A DNA stretch of 64,000 nucleotides from an uncultured virus (IMG/VR IMGVR_UViG_3300020214_001677) (lineage: Duplodnaviria > Heunggongvirae > Uroviricota > Caudoviricetes). The DNA is taken from IMG/VR virus record IMGVR_UViG_3300020214_001677; one strand, 5' to 3'. The position numbers were made by a program, and so were the translations under genes. The notes beneath the pieces were generated by a model. That model did not search any database. It was given only the letters and a program-made list of their open reading frames with translations, and was not told the origin of the DNA. Below, piece after piece: positions 18,977-29,101 of the stretch (its first letter is position 1; every line of letters begins with the position of its first letter).

Positions 18977-19727
18977 AATGGGGTTCCTTTTTGATGTATA
19001 TATTATTTATATATTTATAAACCTGTACTAAATCAGCAATAAATTGTTCTGTCATGGATTCAAACTTTGATGCATAGCCTGGTGAATACATAGGCATCAC
19101 CATCCAATAGCCCAAGGCCGTTAAATTTCCACGGTAATCCTTTATCTTTACTTCCGTGCCAAACAAAACAGAAGTAGCTAAAGATCCCATTGTAATTATA
19201 ACGCTTGGGCGCAACAGCTGTAACTCAGAATGCAAATAAGGAGCACAATTTATAACTTCTTGATTTTCGTATTTGACACTCTTTGGACATCTGTTGACGT
19301 AAGTTAAACAAAGTTGATCGGATTTAAACCCAACCTGTTTGATTTTGTCAACCAAAAAACCGATTGAATTTGAATCAAGTGAAGGACTTTCGATCACTAT
19401 TGCAACTTTAGGATTAGTAGAATTCCATTTTGGCAATTCGGGCTTGGAAGCAATAGCGCACTTTCTACAATTTAACACAACAGTGTGAAGATCTTTTATG
19501 GTAGATTTAGACTTACCAGAAACAAGATCGACTCTTAATTCGTGTAAGAAAGCGTCGATAGAAGATTCAGGCAAATAGTCAGACAATCTTTTTGCAACAA
19601 CAGACAAAAGCTGCGAGTCACCATGACCAAGGTGATTAACCGCAAAAGCATGAGACTGACTTGTGCCTTTTTCGGCTAAAGCTTCTTGGATTAACGAATT
19701 TAGATTGTCTTCGTCAAAATCCGACAT
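18957..19727 (-). CDS. Uracil-DNA glycosylase family 4-like protein
   Basis: CRKC, IESP, TYVNRCP, NCAPYLHSELQLLRPSVIITMG, YSPGY; divergent catalytic motifs. Confidence 0.75.
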   Translation of the reverse strand: MSDFDEDNLNSLIQEALAEKGTSQSHAFAVNHLGHGDSQLLSVVAKRLSDYLPESSIDAFLHELRVDLVSGKSKSTIKDLHTVVLNCRKCAIASKPELPKWNSTNPKVAIVIESPSLDSNSIGFLVDKIKQVGFKSDQLCLTYVNRCPKSVKYENQEVINCAPYLHSELQLLRPSVIITMGSLATSVLFGTEVKIKDYRGNLTALGYWMVMPMYSPGYASKFESMTEQFIADLVQVYKYINNIYIKKEPHYASKAV

Positions 19728-20149
19728 TAGAAGCTATCTGGAACCGAAGACGAACCTACCGTAGCAGTTTCGTTAGTGCTAGAAGACTTTGAAGAGCTTG
19801 CAGTAGCAGCATAAGAAATATGCTCAGCAACTATGACAACCTTGCTTCTATTCTGATCTTCCTGCTTCCATCTTTCCTGAACCAAACGACCAACAATTGT
19901 TAGTTTAGAACCTTTCTTGATCTTGGAATCAGAAATTTGACCGTGCATAAAAGATGCATTCTTACTTGCAAAACCGTTTGCATCCTTGAGATAATAAACA
20001 ATATCAAAATAACCAGAATTGTTGTCTCCGCCTTTTTCTTGGCCGGCGTAATCAACCGCCAAACGAAACTTGGCAATTTTGTCATTGATTAACTCGGGGT
20101 CAGCTACGACACCACCTGTGATGTTAATTAGGTTTCTTGGATCAATCAT
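19727..20149 (-). CDS. ssb: Single-stranded DNA-binding protein
   Basis: NLINITGGVVADPE, FRLAV, KKGSKLTIVGRLVQERW, VVIVAEHI. Confidence 0.9.
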   Translation of the reverse strand: MIDPRNLINITGGVVADPELINDKIAKFRLAVDYAGQEKGGDNNSGYFDIVYYLKDANGFASKNASFMHGQISDSKIKKGSKLTIVGRLVQERWKQEDQNRSKVVIVAEHISYAATASSSKSSSTNETATVGSSSVPDSF

Positions 20150-20391
20150 TTTTTGTTACTCTCTTTTTGGTCAATTAATATTTGTTTAAAATTATATGAT
20201 ATTTCATCTAGAAACTGAGTAGACTGGCGTATGGCTTCCTCTACACCAACTTCTAGTATGAGACTATTATACATTGATATAAACAAGTTGTATATACCTG
20301 ACTTCAACTCAACAACCGAATCCGTAAATATTGGCTCTTCGACCTTATCTACTAAACTCAAATCTTCTGATTTATCATTACTCATGTTCAT
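20146..20391 (-). CDS. Hypothetical protein
   Basis: ATGA-coupled ORF. Confidence 0.55.
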   Translation of the reverse strand: MNMSNDKSEDLSLVDKVEEPIFTDSVVELKSGIYNLFISMYNSLILEVGVEEAIRQSTQFLDEISYNFKQILIDQKESNKK

Positions 20392-20681
20392 ACTCTCTTT
20401 GAAAAAACTTCGTCAATAATTTGCCCCAAAATCTTAGGATCAGTATAACCCTTGTCGTACATGACGGATATTACTGGTTTAGGATCGACATGACTATAGG
20501 TAATAAGCTGAAGATTAAATATGTCATTTAAAGTATACACCCTATAATTGTTTAGATCTCTTTTGGGAACAGGATACTTGCCAGCTTTTTCTCTATTCGA
20601 AACCGTAAGAACAGATATATTCAATATTTCAGCAACTTCAGACCTATTAAAAAATGGTTCAACAACAACCGTTCTAGCCAT
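20388..20681 (-). CDS. MerR-type HTH DNA-binding protein
   Basis: SEVAEILNISVLTVSNREKAG...PKRDLNNYRVYT. Confidence 0.8.
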   Translation of the reverse strand: MARTVVVEPFFNRSEVAEILNISVLTVSNREKAGKYPVPKRDLNNYRVYTLNDIFNLQLITYSHVDPKPVISVMYDKGYTDPKILGQIIDEVFSKRV

Positions 20682-20778
20682 TTTATGCACCTTTACTTAA
20701 CTTTATATACGTGTATATAATTAGTAAAGGATAGACCTAAGTTTTGATAGTTGAATATGTTAAGCCTTATGTAATAAC

Positions 20779-21993
20779 TTAAACTTCTGTATTTTTGGAC
20801 TTTTGAGCCTTCTGTATAAAAGCGGCAGAAACAAATGAATTGTATCTAGACTTTATCGCAACCAAAGTGCTACTTTCCGAAGATATATTCTTCAATATAT
20901 TTCCACAAGTAAGATACTTATATATATACGGCTTAACAGATATCTTACCGCTATTAAGGACATATTCATAATATGCGTCGCCGTTATAATCTCCATTCTC
21001 AATCATGTGCGCGATATCTTCTGGATCCTCTCCCTCGTAATAATCATGAGCCCAATCGTTGAGCCAATCGTAATAAGAAGGATGTTCATACAATTCATCA
21101 CCTATACCCGATGGCTTGTAAGCACTGGGGGGAAAATGCTGCTCAACAGAAGAAGCGGGCCAAACAACACTTAAAATTTCTTCTAACGGTATTTTTTCCC
21201 ACGCAGAAAGTATCGTCATAACTTGAGGGGCGGCGTAGTACACCGTGCCATACGGATTGGCAAACATGCCCGTATAATCATTATAAGATACATGCTTAAA
21301 CACCGTGTCCTTGACGGCACTAGTGTAAGATTCCAAACTAAACCCAGTAGATTCCAACTTAGGACCTACAGATTGTAAGTTAACGTGAACCACAGCTTCA
21401 TTCAAGTCATTGTTGGTTCCATTGTTCCAAACCCAATCATAAGCTGACGCAATAACACCAGAAATATTCTTCTGATATCTTTCTACATCCTGCATCTCAG
21501 CAAAAAAGGGTCTGCACAATTGCCCGTTTGTATAAAAATTGGGCAATGGTGGCAAACATAACTGCTGTGTTTCTTCAGTCAATGAAGCAGAAGAAAAGAA
21601 CATGTTTACGTCTGTTAGATAATAATTAGAATCAAACCTAGCAATATATATCTGCCATGGCAAAGGAATCCTATACACTTGCATGGTGTTATCAGACATT
21701 TTAGAATGTACTTTATCGGTGTTGTAAAAAATGTTTTGATAACAAGGAGGACGCTCAAACAGTACATAATTGCTGTCAATAATTCTTACGCCCGGAGGTA
21801 AAACACCGGAATTTCTACCATCAAGAACACTACCACTAAACCCAGAAAACACTGTACCCAACAAATAACTAACAGCATCATAGCCAGAAAAACTAACCGA
21901 CTCATCATTATGATCAGTAACGATGACCTTAAAGTTTGTATTTGTGCTATGATAAGCTGTAGTGCCATCAAATATTGATATTAAACTTGACAT
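20779..21993 (-). CDS. Prokaryotic E2-like (Prok-E2 family D-like) protein, paralog 1
   Basis: ERPP...IPLPW...LPPLPNFYTNGQLC...WNNGTNNDL; PN-x6-C candidate catalytic motif. Confidence 0.7.
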   Translation of the reverse strand: MSSLISIFDGTTAYHSTNTNFKVIVTDHNDESVSFSGYDAVSYLLGTVFSGFSGSVLDGRNSGVLPPGVRIIDSNYVLFERPPCYQNIFYNTDKVHSKMSDNTMQVYRIPLPWQIYIARFDSNYYLTDVNMFFSSASLTEETQQLCLPPLPNFYTNGQLCRPFFAEMQDVERYQKNISGVIASAYDWVWNNGTNNDLNEAVVHVNLQSVGPKLESTGFSLESYTSAVKDTVFKHVSYNDYTGMFANPYGTVYYAAPQVMTILSAWEKIPLEEILSVVWPASSVEQHFPPSAYKPSGIGDELYEHPSYYDWLNDWAHDYYEGEDPEDIAHMIENGDYNGDAYYEYVLNSGKISVKPYIYKYLTCGNILKNISSESSTLVAIKSRYNSFVSAAFIQKAQKSKNTEV

Positions 21994-22133
21994 ATGATCT
22001 CCTATAAAATATTGGTTTATTAAGACAAATAATAAGCAAACACACCCTCAATCGCTGCAACAAGTATTGCGGCGATTGCGGTCAGTATGGCTGCAATGAT
22101 TACTGGATCCATTATGTTATATCTCCTTCTATT

Positions 22134-23888
22134 TCAACTAACTTTAATGTAATTCATAACTTCATTGATACGATACACTAGATGTTTATTATTCTTTGAA
22201 TGCTTACTCTTGGATTTTGAAGGAGACTTAAGATCAGCAAGCCCATCTATACGAGCCAACAAATCAGCCTTAAAATTATCATAATAATTAGTAAGATCTT
22301 CTTTGGTATAAAATGTGTAGGTCTTTTCTTTACAATCAGCGTGAACAAAAAAGGTAGTTGAATTTTGATTCTTCAACTGAGAATAAAACTCCATCACAGG
22401 AACAAGATCAAATCCTTGACTCTCAAGAACATGATATACATCATCTCCTTTATACACATCCATTTTCTGAACTTGAGACCTACTGATATTTTTAAATAGA
22501 TAAACTATTGTATAATTTGAATAATAAGAAGATGCTTTTTCTATGGTGCAACGAGGATCATTTGCAGCAACCGTCTTAACAATCGGATCCTGAACACAAA
22601 GACCAAGTTGACCCACCGTGGTAGGCCTATCTACAGATTGCGACTGAAACACGCTATTAGGAGGAGAAACAAGAGCGTGTGCGGGACTAAACGAAAGATC
22701 TTCGTCTAGATCTACATCAATATCTGAATCAAAATCATCAATTGCATCTTGACGATCATCCTCTTGATTTAAAAGTTCAAACTCAATATCTGCACAATAC
22801 TCTTTGACAACCTCAGAAAACTTCTGGGCAACACACGAAAGCAGAGAATAAACATTCTTTTTATTCTTGCTATTCTTCTTATTCTGTACCTCAACATCCT
22901 TAACAACATCACCAATTTGTTTGTAGAAAGACAAAGTCTCTTCCAATGACAATAAAGACATAAAAGACAATAATTTTACGTAATCGTAATTACTGATATA
23001 GGAATCATATTGTGCATTTGAAACAACATCCAATGCCTTGGATCTAGAAAAATTAAACTTGTTAATTACAACAGAAACCAACCTATCGCAAAACTCAGGA
23101 TAAGATTGAGGATTTCTGTACATATCTACCAAAGGATACTTAGATTTATAATCTCCTTCTAAGATCTGATTAAATGCCCCAGCTTCTCCCACGTTAGTTC
23201 TACCAGACAAAGCATACAATGGTCTTGATGTCAGGTCATTGTTCCATCCACCTAACATATAATCATTAAAAATCATAGAATGCCAATATCTATAATCAAA
23301 AGTATTAAAGTCGGACTGATCTTTTACATGAGTTAATAAATTTGAAAAAGAACCAGACCAACATATTCTTGCATCTGAATGCGTATTGGGAAACAAAGAA
23401 TTAATATACATTTGAGTAGAAGAAGACAACGCAGAATGAGAATAATAAATCCTTACATCGCCTGGATCATATTTATTTATGAACGTAACTGGCATTATTG
23501 TTATTGTCCAAGGTACCCATATAAACAGATCTTCAACCTCTGGAGCATTGTGCGACGCTCTTGCATTTTTGTATTTAACATTAATTCTGCATGGTGGGCG
23601 TTCAATATAATAAGACTGAGACTTGTCTACGTACCTAACTGCCATAGGCAATATATGCCGTTTCGAACGCATCTGTAAATTATAGTCCTGCTGATCATAA
23701 ATTAGCTCAGTAGGAACAACATATTGCAAAGATACTAGTGACTGCAAAAGAAAATCAAAATCATTCTTAGGAAATAATTGACTTGCTATTTCTACACAAG
23801 TATGATAACCAGATATTGATGTGTTCCTTACCTGAAACCAACTAGAATTGTCGGGTGAATACTGCACTATATTATACACGCCTGGCAT
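22134..23888 (-). CDS. Prokaryotic E2-like protein, paralog 2, with long C-terminal extension
   Basis: ERPP...WVPW...LFPNTHSDARICW...GGWNNDL aligns with paralog 1. Confidence 0.65.
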   Translation of the reverse strand: MPGVYNIVQYSPDNSSWFQVRNTSISGYHTCVEIASQLFPKNDFDFLLQSLVSLQYVVPTELIYDQQDYNLQMRSKRHILPMAVRYVDKSQSYYIERPPCRINVKYKNARASHNAPEVEDLFIWVPWTITIMPVTFINKYDPGDVRIYYSHSALSSSTQMYINSLFPNTHSDARICWSGSFSNLLTHVKDQSDFNTFDYRYWHSMIFNDYMLGGWNNDLTSRPLYALSGRTNVGEAGAFNQILEGDYKSKYPLVDMYRNPQSYPEFCDRLVSVVINKFNFSRSKALDVVSNAQYDSYISNYDYVKLLSFMSLLSLEETLSFYKQIGDVVKDVEVQNKKNSKNKKNVYSLLSCVAQKFSEVVKEYCADIEFELLNQEDDRQDAIDDFDSDIDVDLDEDLSFSPAHALVSPPNSVFQSQSVDRPTTVGQLGLCVQDPIVKTVAANDPRCTIEKASSYYSNYTIVYLFKNISRSQVQKMDVYKGDDVYHVLESQGFDLVPVMEFYSQLKNQNSTTFFVHADCKEKTYTFYTKEDLTNYYDNFKADLLARIDGLADLKSPSKSKSKHSKNNKHLVYRINEVMNYIKVS

Positions 23889-23902
23889 AAAAACTCCTCT
23901 CG

Positions 23903-25168
23903 CTATATAAGAGACAATATAAAGCTTTTCTTCTCAACGGGTGTCTCAATAGAAGGAGGCACTTCAAGAGAAACCAACGTGGAAGACACTTCCTCTGGAC
24001 AAGAAGAAACAACCTCATTGACCACAGAATCAATTTCAGAAACTACTTGATCATAAGGTGCGTCTACGGGAGGAACCAACGTATAAGACACCTGATCATT
24101 TTCAGAATTGACCAAATTAAAAACCTTATTTCCCTTGGAATCTGTATGCTCATAAAGATCAAAAGATAATGATCCTTTACCCTTAGAAGTGTACTTCTTT
24201 CGTAGCACAGAACTAGACTTATAATAAGGACAGATAGTTTGGTTTGGAGTCAAACCAAAACCACAATAAGATGCTTTGTCAGGTTTAGATAAAGCAGAAT
24301 GCGTACAAATGCAAGTGTTTTCCGGACGGTTTGCATAAACATAATCCTTGCTGACTATGTCTACGTTTTGAGTTTTCAAACTAAAATGAGAACATATTGA
24401 AAACTGCGACATGGACTCTTCCTCCCCTAATATTATATCGGTATGAAATATTGGTGCGTTACTTTGACCCTTACCCTTAAGAACACTAAATGCTTCATGA
24501 CCTTTAGTCTTATTCGGCGACAAATTTGTTGTCTTCATCTTCTTGATTGCCTTAGTGAGTTTCTCAATATCATTACTAAGTTTATCTGATAAATTCTTAG
24601 ATTGATCATTGGATATGACAAATTTTTTCATAGAGTCTACATAAAACATATGCCCTATCATAATTTCCCAACCATCATAAAATTCAGATACGTGACGCTT
24701 AAAATGCAACGTATAATCAGCCTGAAATGGATCACTAAAAGGTATCTGGATTGCATATACAAATCCATGTGGATATTCAGTATTAGTCAACGGAGAAGAT
24801 TTCCAAACATTATTGATATGGACATACAAAGGTAATGAATTAGACTTAATTCCATTCATTATATTAGCTTTGGAAATATAAAAATTACCGGTATTAAATA
24901 AATCAAATATGATAATTTCATCAATAGAATAACCCTTATCCAACTCCGCGGCACTATTAACATAATTAGAATTTATTGGATACACATAAAAATTCATAAC
25001 AGAATTTAATTGTATAAGCAAGTTCCCCGCCGGTTTTCCTGTATCGATATTGGGAGAACAAGGAATCTCCAGTTTCAAATAAGTTACCGCATCTAAATTT
25101 ATTTGAGGTTTACCTATAAAAGCGTAATCCAACAAACTTGCTTCGGCAACACTGCTATCGTTATCCAT
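23903..25168 (-). CDS. Hypothetical protein with Cys/His cluster
   Basis: 421-aa ORF; CSH, CICTH, YCG, ICPYY; GGAG SD. Confidence 0.65.
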   Translation of the reverse strand: MDNDSSVAEASLLDYAFIGKPQINLDAVTYLKLEIPCSPNIDTGKPAGNLLIQLNSVMNFYVYPINSNYVNSAAELDKGYSIDEIIIFDLFNTGNFYISKANIMNGIKSNSLPLYVHINNVWKSSPLTNTEYPHGFVYAIQIPFSDPFQADYTLHFKRHVSEFYDGWEIMIGHMFYVDSMKKFVISNDQSKNLSDKLSNDIEKLTKAIKKMKTTNLSPNKTKGHEAFSVLKGKGQSNAPIFHTDIILGEEESMSQFSICSHFSLKTQNVDIVSKDYVYANRPENTCICTHSALSKPDKASYCGFGLTPNQTICPYYKSSSVLRKKYTSKGKGSLSFDLYEHTDSKGNKVFNLVNSENDQVSYTLVPPVDAPYDQVVSEIDSVVNEVVSSCPEEVSSTLVSLEVPPSIETPVEKKSFILSLI

Positions 25169-25178
25169 AACATTCTCC

Positions 25179-25931
25179 TTAATGCCAAGTCATTAAATAA
25201 CCATTAATTCCCTGTTTATCTTGCAATTCCATTTTTTTCAACAAAGATTCGTAACTGTTTTGAACAAAATTGTTATCCTTAATTAGGTTCTCAATGTATG
25301 ATTGCATAGACTTAAGTACATCAAAAACATCTTTAGAATCAGAAAGCATCGTGTCATACGCAAGGGAAGTAGAAGATTTATTCATGGTGAATATATGCTC
25401 GTTACTCGGATCGTAAGGAACAATTGTTACAAACTTATTCGATTTATCCGGAACAATTATTTTATTCTTAGACATAAAACTTAACAAGGAAATACGAACC
25501 GAAGGATAAAAAGAACCAAAAATAATATTAAAAAAATCATTAAAAAAATAAGGTAAAACTACAGCCTTCTTCTGCGCGGCAGTAAGAGATTGATACGAAA
25601 CATTAAAAGCATCTAACCGCTTTTGAGTAACAGCTTTTTTTCTTGGTTGATACCTCATGTAAAAATTAAACGCAATAGCATGACAATTCATAAAAGTTTC
25701 TAAATTCATTTTACAATATGCTTCGTGTGTATTTATATCAGACTGAGGTATCTGATCAGATACACCAATCATTGAATCAGCTAAAGCCCGCAAAAAGAAA
25801 GTAATGTTGAGATCGTAAAGACAAGCAACAACGGGTCGATTCTCAAAATGTTTACTAAACAAAGATACCTTTTTATTCCAAATTTGATCAAAATGATCAA
25901 CTGACTTAATATGAGAATGTATATCCATCAT
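25179..25931 (-). CDS. Hypothetical protein
   Basis: 250-aa ORF in the operon; GGAGG SD. Confidence 0.65.
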   Translation of the reverse strand: MMDIHSHIKSVDHFDQIWNKKVSLFSKHFENRPVVACLYDLNITFFLRALADSMIGVSDQIPQSDINTHEAYCKMNLETFMNCHAIAFNFYMRYQPRKKAVTQKRLDAFNVSYQSLTAAQKKAVVLPYFFNDFFNIIFGSFYPSVRISLLSFMSKNKIIVPDKSNKFVTIVPYDPSNEHIFTMNKSSTSLAYDTMLSDSKDVFDVLKSMQSYIENLIKDNNFVQNSYESLLKKMELQDKQGINGYLMTWH

Positions 25932-26212
25932 AACGCCTCCAATGAATAAAGTTCGATTTTTTGAGATTTAAGATAATCTAAAAACGAAGTATTAGCCAAA
26001 TGCAAAGATCTAAACTCCGGATAAACAGTTTTAACACAGGCGTATATTTCAGAAAGATAACTTAAATGATTTAACAAAACGTGATTGTATCTATCTAGAA
26101 ACAATACGCATTCGTGATCATTGACCAAGGTCAGATAGCTTTTCTGCAACCACGTCTGCAATGGCTTGTCCAATTTTTTTGTCGCCGTCTGCCACAAAAG
26201 ATTGTGTTCCAT
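25928..26212 (-). CDS. Hypothetical protein
   Basis: GGAGG SD; ATGA-coupled to the downstream gene. Confidence 0.5.
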   Translation of the reverse strand: MEHNLLWQTATKKLDKPLQTWLQKSYLTLVNDHECVLFLDRYNHVLLNHLSYLSEIYACVKTVYPEFRSLHLANTSFLDYLKSQKIELYSLEAL

Positions 26213-26498
26213 CTTGCATTACCTCCAACATAGACTTTCTTGCCTCTTTCAAAGTATCGCGAAAAGACTTTTGGGCTTCAACGGTAGAAAAAGCTATCTG
26301 ACCTATCAAAGCTTCCATAAAAACAGCCTGTTCGCCGTACGCCAAAACTAAAGTAGCAATCTGTTTTTCGACTGCTTCTACTCTCTGTTCGATATCCTTT
26401 TGAACCGAAGTGACTTCTTTGGCGAGAACGTTTAACATATTATCAATTGCAATTTGTATGGTAGAAAAGTCAGTATCATAATTTCCCTGTTCGGTCAT
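26118..26498 (-). CDS. Coiled-coil hypothetical protein
   Basis: ATGA-coupled; helical composition. Confidence 0.6.
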   Translation of the reverse strand: MTEQGNYDTDFSTIQIAIDNMLNVLAKEVTSVQKDIEQRVEAVEKQIATLVLAYGEQAVFMEALIGQIAFSTVEAQKSFRDTLKEARKSMLEVMQDGTQSFVADGDKKIGQAIADVVAEKLSDLGQ

Positions 26499-27118
26499 AC
26501 GGCATACCAATCTGATTTGTTTGCCACATGAGATATCAACGAAAGATTCAACACGTGAGAAATGCTGACTATTTCTGATCTAGTGACCTTTATGCTATCA
26601 ACGGACAAAGAAGACTTCATGTCCGGGATGAATGCACCTGACTCAGTTTTTCTAGCAGCAAAATGACCGCACTTCCAAACAAACGCAGAAGAATCAAAAC
26701 TATTGTCTGAATTCTGCCAATAGTGAGACTTGAAAATCCTAGAAATAGGTTTTGACTCTATTATGCCTCCACCGTAAGAAACAAAACCTTCATCGGTTGG
26801 AATACCGGTTTTGCTGTTCGCGGGAAAATTTATGCTTCCTATACCAATAGCAATAGAATTTAAATAACCAGAAAAATCTATGGCATCTAAATATACCATC
26901 GTGCTAGAAATGAGTTTGCCATCGGGCGAAGTTTTACCTATGTCCAACTTAAACTTAAGACCTTGATACCAAGGCCTTATGGACAAAAATCCACTTTGAG
27001 TTTTAGACCTAAACCATTTCTTGTAAAGATCTTTCTCGTAATCTTTCTGTAAGATATCAGATACAACAGGCTCAGCAGTCTGAGACATCTGATATTCTAT
27101 TTGATCCATGTCTGACAT
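26495..27118 (-). CDS. Hypothetical protein
   Basis: AAGGAG SD before MSDMDQ. Confidence 0.65.
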   Translation of the reverse strand: MSDMDQIEYQMSQTAEPVVSDILQKDYEKDLYKKWFRSKTQSGFLSIRPWYQGLKFKLDIGKTSPDGKLISSTMVYLDAIDFSGYLNSIAIGIGSINFPANSKTGIPTDEGFVSYGGGIIESKPISRIFKSHYWQNSDNSFDSSAFVWKCGHFAARKTESGAFIPDMKSSLSVDSIKVTRSEIVSISHVLNLSLISHVANKSDWYAV

Positions 27119-27126
27119 ATGTCTCC

Positions 27127-28725
27127 TTATATTTTCCAAGTAACCTGCGGCTGATCAACGGTACGACCAGATAGTACGTTTTGTGCATCGATCTGTTGTT
27201 CAGAAGAAGCCCAATCCCATTGTGCCAAGGCATAACTGTACATTGATTTTATCATATCTCTATGTTTATTCCAAATTATGTTCTTAACATTAGGGGCATG
27301 AACCATAATGTCCTGAGTGTTGATTGCACGAAATTCATCTGCAACAACAAAGAACTTGACCTCTTTAATCAAAGCAGAAATCTCTGCACCGGTGAAATTT
27401 TCAGTTACTCTTGCAAGGGCATCATAATCGTACTCGTGATCGGTATCTATACCAGACAAATATATCTTTAGTATCTCTACACGCTCACTGTAAGATGGCA
27501 AACCAACGAACACTATCTTGTCGAAACGATCAGCGCGAAGCATCTCTGGTCGCAAATTATCAAGTTGATTTGCGGCACACATCAAAAATGTATCTTCTGG
27601 TAATTCCTGTAATCCAGTCAAGAACTCGCCATGGACACGATCTGTGGTACCGGCGTCAACTTGTGACGAACTCGAACCACCAGAAAGATCACGACCAAAC
27701 TCGTCAATCCAAACGCACAAAGGCGTCATAGCTCTGATCTGATTAAACACCGCACGCATGTTGGCTTCTGACTGACCAACAAAAGAATTCATGACTTGGC
27801 TGATGCCGGTTCTGGCAAGATCAAGTCCAAGTTCGCTAGCAGTAGCTTGACAGATGGCCGACTTGCCAGTGCCGGGGACACCAACCATCAATATTCTTCT
27901 GATCGGAGACACACCAAAAGACTCAGCCTTCTGTCTATTGTTCCTAAGGAAAGCGGTACGTTTGATTATGTTTTTGATGTTATCAAGACCACCGATTTCG
28001 GCAAATGTCAACCGAGGCTTTAGGATCTCAAGAATGCCCTTTTGTTTAACGGTGGCCATCTTTCTCTCGTATATGTACTTTGGATCCAAAATACCGTTGT
28101 CGACTATTGAAGTCAAACAATAATCAATGAAATCGATTTCCGTTAGACCAACGCCAGATTTTACGAGATCTTTTACGGTTTCTGGATTAACAAAACGACC
28201 ATGTGAAGACACATTAATATGATCCACAATGTGGAACAACTCTTCGGAAGTGGGAACTCCATGACCTATGACCTTGAAAAGGTTAGGATAATCAACAGGC
28301 ACATCGAAAGCGGAAAGAAATATGAACTGCATTTCTTCATACATGGTGTCGGTCCAAAAGGACTTACGATACTTTTCAACAAGTTGATATACCATAGGCA
28401 CGTACCTAAACAAATTAACCTCTGGCTTGCCATGTATGGGAAGCAAGAACGTAGGCGCCTTGCCTCCAGAAACGGTATTATTCTTTATATGATTTACGGC
28501 AATAGATAAATCATAAGTGTGAACATGAGCGACTGTGCCTGATTCGTCAGTAAATTCTACGAGCACCGGTTTCCAATCTGAATCAACGTACTTGGAAAGC
28601 CCCTGCTGTGGGTCTATCATATAATAGTCTCTGAAATCAAAAGACACGATATTACTAATAACCCTAGAATACTCAGTGGTTTTTATCCATAAAGCAGGAT
28701 AACCGATCTTTATTTCGTTTAACAT
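27127..28725 (-). CDS. AAA+ ATPase (Ycf46/Cdc48-like; degenerate N-terminal module plus an active AAA domain)
   Basis: IGGLDNIK, Walker A GVPGTGKS, pore loop FVG, Walker B VWIDE, AAN sensor, RADRFD Arg finger, FTGAEI. Confidence 0.9.
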   Translation of the reverse strand: MLNEIKIGYPALWIKTTEYSRVISNIVSFDFRDYYMIDPQQGLSKYVDSDWKPVLVEFTDESGTVAHVHTYDLSIAVNHIKNNTVSGGKAPTFLLPIHGKPEVNLFRYVPMVYQLVEKYRKSFWTDTMYEEMQFIFLSAFDVPVDYPNLFKVIGHGVPTSEELFHIVDHINVSSHGRFVNPETVKDLVKSGVGLTEIDFIDYCLTSIVDNGILDPKYIYERKMATVKQKGILEILKPRLTFAEIGGLDNIKNIIKRTAFLRNNRQKAESFGVSPIRRILMVGVPGTGKSAICQATASELGLDLARTGISQVMNSFVGQSEANMRAVFNQIRAMTPLCVWIDEFGRDLSGGSSSSQVDAGTTDRVHGEFLTGLQELPEDTFLMCAANQLDNLRPEMLRADRFDKIVFVGLPSYSERVEILKIYLSGIDTDHEYDYDALARVTENFTGAEISALIKEVKFFVVADEFRAINTQDIMVHAPNVKNIIWNKHRDMIKSMYSYALAQWDWASSEQQIDAQNVLSGRTVDQPQVTWKI

Positions 28726-28767
28726 AAAATACTGCTTTCTATTGTATTAAATATCGCCTTTATATAA

Positions 28768-28809
28768 GAGTGGGGGAAACCATTTGAAAGGTTATGGTCC
28801 CCCCCACTC
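28768..28809 (-). terminator. GC-rich stem-loop after the Ubl gene
   Basis: gagtggggg...cccccactc IR with inner accat/atggt. Confidence 0.5.
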
Positions 28810-28824
28810 AAACCTTGAACTATA

Positions 28825-29076
28825 TCAGCCCTTCTCGCCTGCGCGACGGTGGAACTCCACGTTGTCGCCTGGCTGGATGACATAGTTTTCATCAAGTTTG
28901 TCCTTGCCTTTGTAGGCAACAGCGTCCGTGGGAATGCCCCACAGTCGAGAAAACTGCTCTCTTGCCTGAGAAACTGTTTTACCTCCAATATTGCTTGGCT
29001 GATTGTATACACCAAAGCGAACATTGGCAATACCTTGCGATGCAGAAGGTTGATTCTGCGATGCTGACTGATCCAT
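28825..29076 (-). CDS. Ubiquitin-like (beta-grasp) protein ending in ...RRAGEKG
   Basis: VRFG...GKTVSQAR...IPTDAVAY...LDENYVIQPGDNVEF pattern of ThiS/MoaD-like Ubls; C-terminal Gly; AGGAG SD; next to E1. Confidence 0.8.
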   Translation of the reverse strand: MDQSASQNQPSASQGIANVRFGVYNQPSNIGGKTVSQAREQFSRLWGIPTDAVAYKGKDKLDENYVIQPGDNVEFHRRAGEKG

Positions 29077-29101
29077 TTTATTCTCCTATTGTGTTGTTGT
29101 T

